DNA from: Planctomycetota bacterium | Lineage (GTDB): Bacteria; Planctomycetota; UBA1135; UBA2386 | NCBI GenBank assembly: GCA_965228735.1 | Contig: OZ245838.1 | Span: forward strand, 2,432,001 to 2,496,000 | DNA length: 64,000 bases | Direction: 5' to 3' | Shown: positions 58,417 to 64,000 of the stretch, piece after piece | Position numbering within the stretch: position 1 is the first letter of the stretch | How the letters are laid out: the number at the start of each line of letters is the position of its first letter | The notes under the pieces: generated by a model | The model's input: only the letters and a program-made list of their open reading frames with translations | What the model was told of the DNA's origin: nothing | Databases searched by the model: none | Program-made: the position numbers and the translations under genes

Positions 58417-59874
58417 CTACCGCCCGATGAGCCGGTAGATGTCGATGTCCCAGACGAACTTCAACGCGAGCAGCAGCGCGACGATCACGAGTCCGATCGC
58501 CGTGACGATGATGAACTCGCTCAGGAGTCGGGCCGCGAGCTGTTTCTGCCGCGAGGCCGGGACGCGCACGCGCACCGGGGCATCGGGATCGCGTCGGGAC
58601 GAGCCGCGGCCGGCGGCCGGGGTGGTGACGGTTCCGGGCAGCACGAGGCGGTCGAGGCGCTCGAGCAGTTCTTCGGCGTTGGCCGGCCGGTCTGCCGGGT
58701 CCTTCGCCATCATCGCGTCGATGATGAGTTGCTCGAGGTGCCACGGCACCTTGAGGCCGCGGCGCTGGAACGACTCGGGCTCCTCCCTGCAGTGCGCTCG
58801 CGCGACGTCGTCCTTCTCGCCGACGAACGGCGCGCGGCCGACCATCGCCGCATAGGCCGTGCAGCCGAGCGCGTAGAGGTCGGTGCGTTCGTCGACCGCG
58901 CGGCGCAGCACCTGCTCCGGGGCCATGAACGCGACCGTGCCGGCCGCGACCTCGCCGCTCGCGAGGCCGAGGTCGGTGAGCTTGGCGCGGCCCGTATCGG
59001 TCAGCAGGATGTTGGCCGGTTTGACGTCGCGGTGCACGAGGCCGCGGGCGTGCGCGGCCTGCAGCGCCGACGCCACGTCACGGATCATCGCGAGCACGTC
59101 GCGCCACTCCATCGGTCCGTGTCGGCGAACGTGTGCCGCGAGGCTGCCGCCGCGCACGAGCTCCATCGAGAGGTAGTGCACGTTGCCGTCGTGACCGACG
59201 TCGAACACCTGCACGAGGTGCGGATCCTCGATCGCCGCGGCCGCGCGGGCCTCGCGCTCGAACGCCGCGACGCGTTCTTCGGCGTCGTCCGCGTCGTCGT
59301 CGAGCCGGAGCACCTTGAGCGCGACCTCGCGACCGAGCCGCAGGTGCTCGGCGCGGTAGACGGTCGCGAAGCCACCGGCGCCGAGCTGTTCGAGCACGCG
59401 ATAGCCCGCGATCTTCACGTCGAGCTGCGGGGTCGTCGCCTCCTTGGTCGGCACCGACAGCTCGGCGGCGGTCGCCGCGATCGCGGCGTCGATCTCGTCG
59501 CCGCTCTCGGGATCCGGGTCTGGCTCCGGCTCCGACTCTGGCTCCGGCTCCGGCTCGCGCGCGGGCGGCGCCGCCTTCCCGGCAGCCGGTTCGAAGCGAA
59601 ACACCGCGTTGCCGAGCTTGCAGTGCTCGCCGGGCTCGAGGTCGCACTGGTCGACGCGTTCCCCGTCGAGCACGATCCCGTGCGTCGACGCGAGGTTGCT
59701 CACGCGGATCCGATCACCCGCGAGCACCACGACGCAATGCTCGCGCGACACGCTCTGGTCCTTGATCTGGATCTGGCACGACGACGCCCGCCCCACGGTC
59801 ATGAGCGCACCTTCGTGCAGCTCGAACCGCTGGCGCACGCCGCCCACGGTCGTCGTAACGAACGCGCCGCTCAC
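58417..59874 (-). CDS. FHA-domain Ser/Thr protein kinase with C-terminal TM segment
   Basis: VGR...VSREH...STHG (FHA); EP/DP linker; LGAGGF, HRDVKPAN, DLG, MAPE. Confidence 0.9.
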   Translation of the reverse strand: MSGAFVTTTVGGVRQRFELHEGALMTVGRASSCQIQIKDQSVSREHCVVVLAGDRIRVSNLASTHGIVLDGERVDQCDLEPGEHCKLGNAVFRFEPAAGKAAPPAREPEPEPESEPEPDPDPESGDEIDAAIAATAAELSVPTKEATTPQLDVKIAGYRVLEQLGAGGFATVYRAEHLRLGREVALKVLRLDDDADDAEERVAAFEREARAAAAIEDPHLVQVFDVGHDGNVHYLSMELVRGGSLAAHVRRHGPMEWRDVLAMIRDVASALQAAHARGLVHRDVKPANILLTDTGRAKLTDLGLASGEVAAGTVAFMAPEQVLRRAVDERTDLYALGCTAYAAMVGRAPFVGEKDDVARAHCREEPESFQRRGLKVPWHLEQLIIDAMMAKDPADRPANAEELLERLDRLVLPGTVTTPAAGRGSSRRDPDAPVRVRVPASRQKQLAARLLSEFIIVTAIGLVIVALLLALKFVWDIDIYRLIGR

Positions 59875-59976
59875 TCCGCGTTCGGATCCATCGTCCGCTC
59901 TACGACACCTTGCACCCCCGGACGTTACCGGCTCGAAGCTCGACCACCAGCCTCCGTCGCGGTGACCGCGACGCGG

Positions 59977-60096
59977 TCACTGGATCCGGATGGCGATCGC
60001 GTTCGACCCCGAGAGGCCGAGCGGCGTGCAGCCGGCCGGCTCGAGCAACAGCCACTGCGCGAACAGCGCGAGGTACCGGAACGACGGACTGTCGAT
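59977..60096 (-). pseudogene. Orphan 3' tail of the shared C-terminal module
   Basis: IDSPSFRYLALFAQWLLLEPAGCTPLGLSGSNAIAIRIQ*, with no plausible start or gene body upstream. Confidence 0.6.
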
Positions 60097-60186
60097 GTGC
60101 CGGAGATCGTCCTCGCGACACGCGGCCCGCCACAGGGCCGGCGTCGGCGTTAGACTCTGACCTCCACTCGTTCCTGAGGAGAAGTC

Positions 60187-62223
60187 ATGTTCCGAACCGG
60201 CGCCGGTCTGTTGTTCGCCTTCACCGCGCTCTCGTTGTGCCAGTCCGCCGCCGTCGCGCAGGCCGGCTGGGCCGAACGCGGCGCGCGCCCCCGCAGCTTC
60301 GCCGCGCTCTATCCCACGGCGGGCCGAGACGGCACGGCGCTGCTCGTGCGCCGCGGCATCGTGCGGCAGTGGGACGGCGCGCGCTGGGCGCGGGTCGCGT
60401 CGATCGCGCCCGCCGGCACCGGTGCGATCTCGAGCATGGTCTGGGACCACGACCGCGAACGCACGGTCGGCCTGAGCCTCGACCTCACCGTGTTCCCGTA
60501 TCAGGTCCGCACGTTCGAGCTCAGGGACGGCGTCTTCCAGATCTTCGCCGCCGTCCCCGGCAACCTGCCGATCGAGATGCACTACGACCCCGCGCTCGGT
60601 GGTGCCGTCGTCTTCTGCGAGACCGCGACCGGGACACAGGACTACCTCTGGGACGGCACGAGCTGGAACCCGCTGCCGGCCGACGTGCGGCCGGTGCACG
60701 TGCGGGGCGCGATCGTGGCGGACCGCCAGCGGCAACGACTGGTCGCGTTCACGCCCAACGCGCCGGGCCCCGGCGGTGAGACGTATGAATGGGACGGCAC
60801 GAGTTGGACCCAGCGGCAACCGTCGACGTCACCTTCACCGCGCGACGACACGACGATGCTCTTCGATCCCGCGACCGGCCTGACGATGCTCTATGGCGGC
60901 AGTGCGGGCGGAACGACGCTGCGCGACACGTGGTTCTGGAACGGCACGGACTGGTCGCAGAGCCCCACCAATTCGCCGCCGACCTCACGCGCGGTCGATC
61001 TCCTGCTCGATCGCACGCAGGGTATTCGCCTCGTCGACGCGGCCGCGATGAGAACGCGCGACTACCGGTGGAACGGCAGCGCGTGGGTTCCGGGCGCCGA
61101 GTCGCTGCCGATGGTCGAACACTCGCTGATCGGTAACGACCGCGCGCGCGGCGTGCTGACGATGCTCATGGGCGGGAACACGTACGACTGGGACGGGTTC
61201 GACTGGCACCTCATCACGACCAGCGGTCCGGGCCCACGCAGTTACACGACGCTGGCGTTCGATCCGAGCCGCAACGAGATGGTCACGTTCGGTGGCGTCG
61301 CCGGGTCGGTCTACCAGCTCGACACGTGGACGTTCGACGGCGCGCAGTGGACCCAGCAAACGACGAACAACGCGCCGAGCCGACGGCATTCGCATGCGAT
61401 GTTCACGAGCACCGCGCTGAACGGGGTCGTCCTGTTCGGCGGCGATAGCGGTCCGCTCTCGTTCGACGACACGTGGCTCTGGCAGAACGGCGCCTGGACC
61501 GAGCTGTTCCTGCAGGTGCGGCCGCCGGCTGGCGCGAGTGTGGGCACGGCCGGTCGGCCGGGTCAGACGCCCGTCGTCGCGGCGGGCGGTGAGCTGTGGT
61601 CGTTCGACGGCAGCTGGACGCTGATCGACGGCAACATCCCCTACCCGGCGATCGACCAGATCGGGCTGACCCGCGCCGGCGATCCCGTCGTCGCGACGCG
61701 CACCAACCTGTGCTACGAGTATCAGAACGGCATCTGGCTGGCCCGTGACGGCCCGGATACGGAGATCTCGGACCTCGGCTACGACCCGGTACGCGGCGAC
61801 ATCCTCGCGGTCGGCTTCGGCCACGAGGTCGTGTACTCGACCGAGCTCGCGACGAGCGCGACCGTCGGCCAGGCGTGCACGAACGATCGCTTCACGCTGT
61901 CGACGGCCGGCGACCCGTTCCTCGGCAACGGCGCGTTCCGCGTCCACGCGGACGGCGCGCAGGGCTTCGCGGTGTTCGCGTTCGGGTTCGCTTCGAATCC
62001 GAGCCCGCTCGGCAGCAGCTGCATCTCGTACCTGAGCAACCCGGTCTCGGCCGGCTTCGTCGGCACGAATGCCTACGACGTCGCGGCCCTGCCCGTGCCG
62101 ATCCCGATGCTCGGGGCGCTGCGCGGGCTGCGGCTCTACCTGCAGGCAGCCGGCCCGCAACCGAATGGTCCATTCGGCGGACTGGCGGTCTCGGCCGGGC
62201 TCGAGCTCGTGATCGGCGGCTGA
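60187..62223 (+). CDS. Secreted Kelch-like repeat protein with the shared C-terminal module
   Basis: GAGGAG RBS, signal peptide; shares QDYLW.GT.W..L.ADVRP.HV with 46042-48096. Confidence 0.82.
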   Translation: MFRTGAGLLFAFTALSLCQSAAVAQAGWAERGARPRSFAALYPTAGRDGTALLVRRGIVRQWDGARWARVASIAPAGTGAISSMVWDHDRERTVGLSLDLTVFPYQVRTFELRDGVFQIFAAVPGNLPIEMHYDPALGGAVVFCETATGTQDYLWDGTSWNPLPADVRPVHVRGAIVADRQRQRLVAFTPNAPGPGGETYEWDGTSWTQRQPSTSPSPRDDTTMLFDPATGLTMLYGGSAGGTTLRDTWFWNGTDWSQSPTNSPPTSRAVDLLLDRTQGIRLVDAAAMRTRDYRWNGSAWVPGAESLPMVEHSLIGNDRARGVLTMLMGGNTYDWDGFDWHLITTSGPGPRSYTTLAFDPSRNEMVTFGGVAGSVYQLDTWTFDGAQWTQQTTNNAPSRRHSHAMFTSTALNGVVLFGGDSGPLSFDDTWLWQNGAWTELFLQVRPPAGASVGTAGRPGQTPVVAAGGELWSFDGSWTLIDGNIPYPAIDQIGLTRAGDPVVATRTNLCYEYQNGIWLARDGPDTEISDLGYDPVRGDILAVGFGHEVVYSTELATSATVGQACTNDRFTLSTAGDPFLGNGAFRVHADGAQGFAVFAFGFASNPSPLGSSCISYLSNPVSAGFVGTNAYDVAALPVPIPMLGALRGLRLYLQAAGPQPNGPFGGLAVSAGLELVIGG

Positions 62224-62264
62224 TACGGACGGGGCAGGGTACAGCGGCAGGTTAGACTGCCGCG

Positions 62265-62744
62265 ATGCCGTCGCCTGCCCCCTCGGTCACCCTGCGCGCC
62301 GTCGTCGAAGCCGACCTGCAGGCACTGTTCGAGTTCCAACGCCAACCCGCAGCGAACGCGATGGCGGCGTTCCCGCCCCGGGGTCGCGATGCGTTCATGG
62401 CGCACTGGCGCGAGAACGTGCTCGGCAAGGACGACGTGACCAAGCGCACCGTGCTCTGCGACGACCGCATCGCCGGCAGTATCGTGAGCTACGCCGATGC
62501 GGACTCCGGGCGACAGCTCGTCGGCTACTGGATCGGCGAAGAGTTCTGGGGCCGCGGCGTCGCGACCAGAGCACTCACGTTGCTCGTCGAAGAGCTACCG
62601 GGGCGCCCGCTGCACGCGTTCGTCGCCACAACGAATGTCGGTTCCATTCGCGTGCTCGAGAAGTGCGCGTTCGAGCGCATCGGCAAGCAGCGCGGCAACC
62701 ACGGGGACGATACGGTCGAAGTGTTCGTCTACGAACTGCGCTGA
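62265..62744 (+). CDS. GNAT N-acetyltransferase (RimJ/RimL-like)
   Basis: VGYWIG..FWGRGVAT, NVGSIRVLEKCAF. Confidence 0.9.
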   Translation: MPSPAPSVTLRAVVEADLQALFEFQRQPAANAMAAFPPRGRDAFMAHWRENVLGKDDVTKRTVLCDDRIAGSIVSYADADSGRQLVGYWIGEEFWGRGVATRALTLLVEELPGRPLHAFVATTNVGSIRVLEKCAFERIGKQRGNHGDDTVEVFVYELR

Positions 62745-62762
62745 AGTGGGGCACGCACCGTC

Positions 62763-62972
62763 CTACGGCAGCACGCCGATCGCAACCGTCCCCGACAACC
62801 GCGGATCCCCGTCACCGAAGAACACGGCCTGCGCGAACAACGGCAGGCCGGCGAGCGCGGGGTCGTTCGGGATCGGGACGGTGTCGATCGTGATGCCGGG
62901 CGGCAGCAGCAGGAACTTCGCGACCGCGGTCGAAAGGTCGATCCCGACCGTGCCGAGATCGCCGTAGGGCAC
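62763..62972 (-). pseudogene. Orphan 3' half of the shared C-terminal module
   Basis: ...VPIPNDPALAGLPLFAQAVFFGDGDPRLSGTVAIGVLP*; no signal peptide, and the upstream sequence is unrelated. Confidence 0.6.
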
Positions 62973-63075
62973 GCGGTCTTCCGCCAACGAGTGAGCCGGA
63001 GCGACGTCGGGCCCGAACGACCGCCACCGGAGTATGATGGTCGGCGCGGCACGGTCGTTGCTGCGGATTTCTCCG

Positions 63076-64000
63076 ATGCCCCGCACGCGATCCGAACGCT
63101 TCCCGCGCTCCCGAACGGCCCGCGCCGCCCTGCTGGGCTGTGCCGTATCGCTCACGCTCTGCGCGGCGGCCGCGCAGACCCGCGGCGTGCTGCTCGACAG
63201 CAACGGCGAGCCGCTCGCCGCCGGCACGAACGTCGCGGCCGGGATCGTGGTCCTCGGCGTCGCCTACGGGCTCGACCCGATTCGCCCGCTCGTCGTCGGC
63301 GACGGGGGGACGTTCAGCCTGCCCGGCGGCGCTCCCCACTTCGGCCCCCGTGGCCCGCAATCCGTGTGGCTGCACGTGCGTCGCACCGTCGCCGGGAAGC
63401 GCGAGCGGATCCTCGTCGAGGTGACGGATACCGAGCTCGGTCGACTGCGGTTCGTCCCCGAGCAGCGCCTCGCGACCGGCGTGGTCGTCGACTCGCACGC
63501 CAAGGCCGTTCCGAAGCACGGTTACGGCCTGATCGTGGAAGAGGCCCCCGCCGGGGCTGCTGAGGACGGTGCCGCTGAGGCAAGGGCCGCCAACCGCAAT
63601 GCGTCCGAGAGGCTGTCGGTCCAGCGCACCATCGACCCGCAGTGGCGGCGCGGCGAGTTCGGTCGGTTCGAGCTCTGGGGCTGGCGCTGGCCCGGCGAGT
63701 ACCGGATGACGGCCCGCTACCTCGATCTGGAGCTCGAGAGCGCGCGCCACACGCTGCCGCTCGAGTTCGGTGATCACGTTCGCTTCGAGCTGCCCGCGAC
63801 GGGCTACCTGCAGGTCCAGCTGTCGTGTCCCGAGGGTTTCCCGGAGACGAAGGGCGCGTTCGCCGTGCTGCGCGCGCCGGACGAGACGAGCGCAGACCGC
63901 AGGGAGCAGCGGCGCTGGCTCATGGCGAAGTCGCCGACCAACCTGCGGGTACCCACGGGCACCTACGCGGTCCGAATCGAGCTCCATGGCCAGGTCGTGC
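63076..64000 (+). CDS. Secreted hypothetical protein with carboxypeptidase-regulatory-like motifs; runs off the window
   Basis: Manual translation MPRTRSERF...LLGCAVSLTLCAAAAQTRGVLLDSNGEPL...TGVVVDSH; no stop before 64000. Confidence 0.6.
   Translation, partial: MPRTRSERFPRSRTARAALLGCAVSLTLCAAAAQTRGVLLDSNGEPLAAGTNVAAGIVVLGVAYGLDPIRPLVVGDGGTFSLPGGAPHFGPRGPQSVWLHVRRTVAGKRERILVEVTDTELGRLRFVPEQRLATGVVVDSHAKAVPKHGYGLIVEEAPAGAAEDGAAEARAANRNASERLSVQRTIDPQWRRGEFGRFELWGWRWPGEYRMTARYLDLELESARHTLPLEFGDHVRFELPATGYLQVQLSCPEGFPETKGAFAVLRAPDETSADRREQRRWLMAKSPTNLRVPTGTYAVRIELHGQVV

Noticed and set aside
59513..59556. Hexamer tandem repeat (ctccgg-like)
   Set aside because: It encodes the EPEPEPESEPEPDPDP linker of the kinase, an ordinary low-complexity segment.

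Overview
This is a very GC-rich bacterial window. The ECF-sigma/Ser-Thr-kinase cassette, a membrane-anchored ECF sigma and many large secreted beta-propeller proteins fit a Planctomycetota-like genome (inference). The left half holds housekeeping and metabolic genes: der, a sugar ABC transporter, an orphan FixJ-type regulator, a thioredoxin-TPR protein, S10 and S41 peptidases, glutamate dehydrogenase, nitroreductase, dodecin, sulfotransferase, radical SAM, a GcvH-like protein, an SDR and a di-heme peroxidase. It also holds a complete group II intron (3251-5242, minus strand) inserted in one arm of a REP-like inverted doublet whose other arm is an intact, empty target. The main pattern is a conserved ~120-140 aa extreme C-terminal module. 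It occurs on 10 larger secreted proteins with otherwise different bodies (one frameshifted), on one stand-alone secreted protein and in two orphan gene tails, so it is a candidate lineage-specific sorting or surface-assembly system. Several genes of this family are decaying (frameshift, nonsense codon, chimera). All family calls come from motif recognition by eye, with no database search, and several starts were re-chosen relative to the ORF track.
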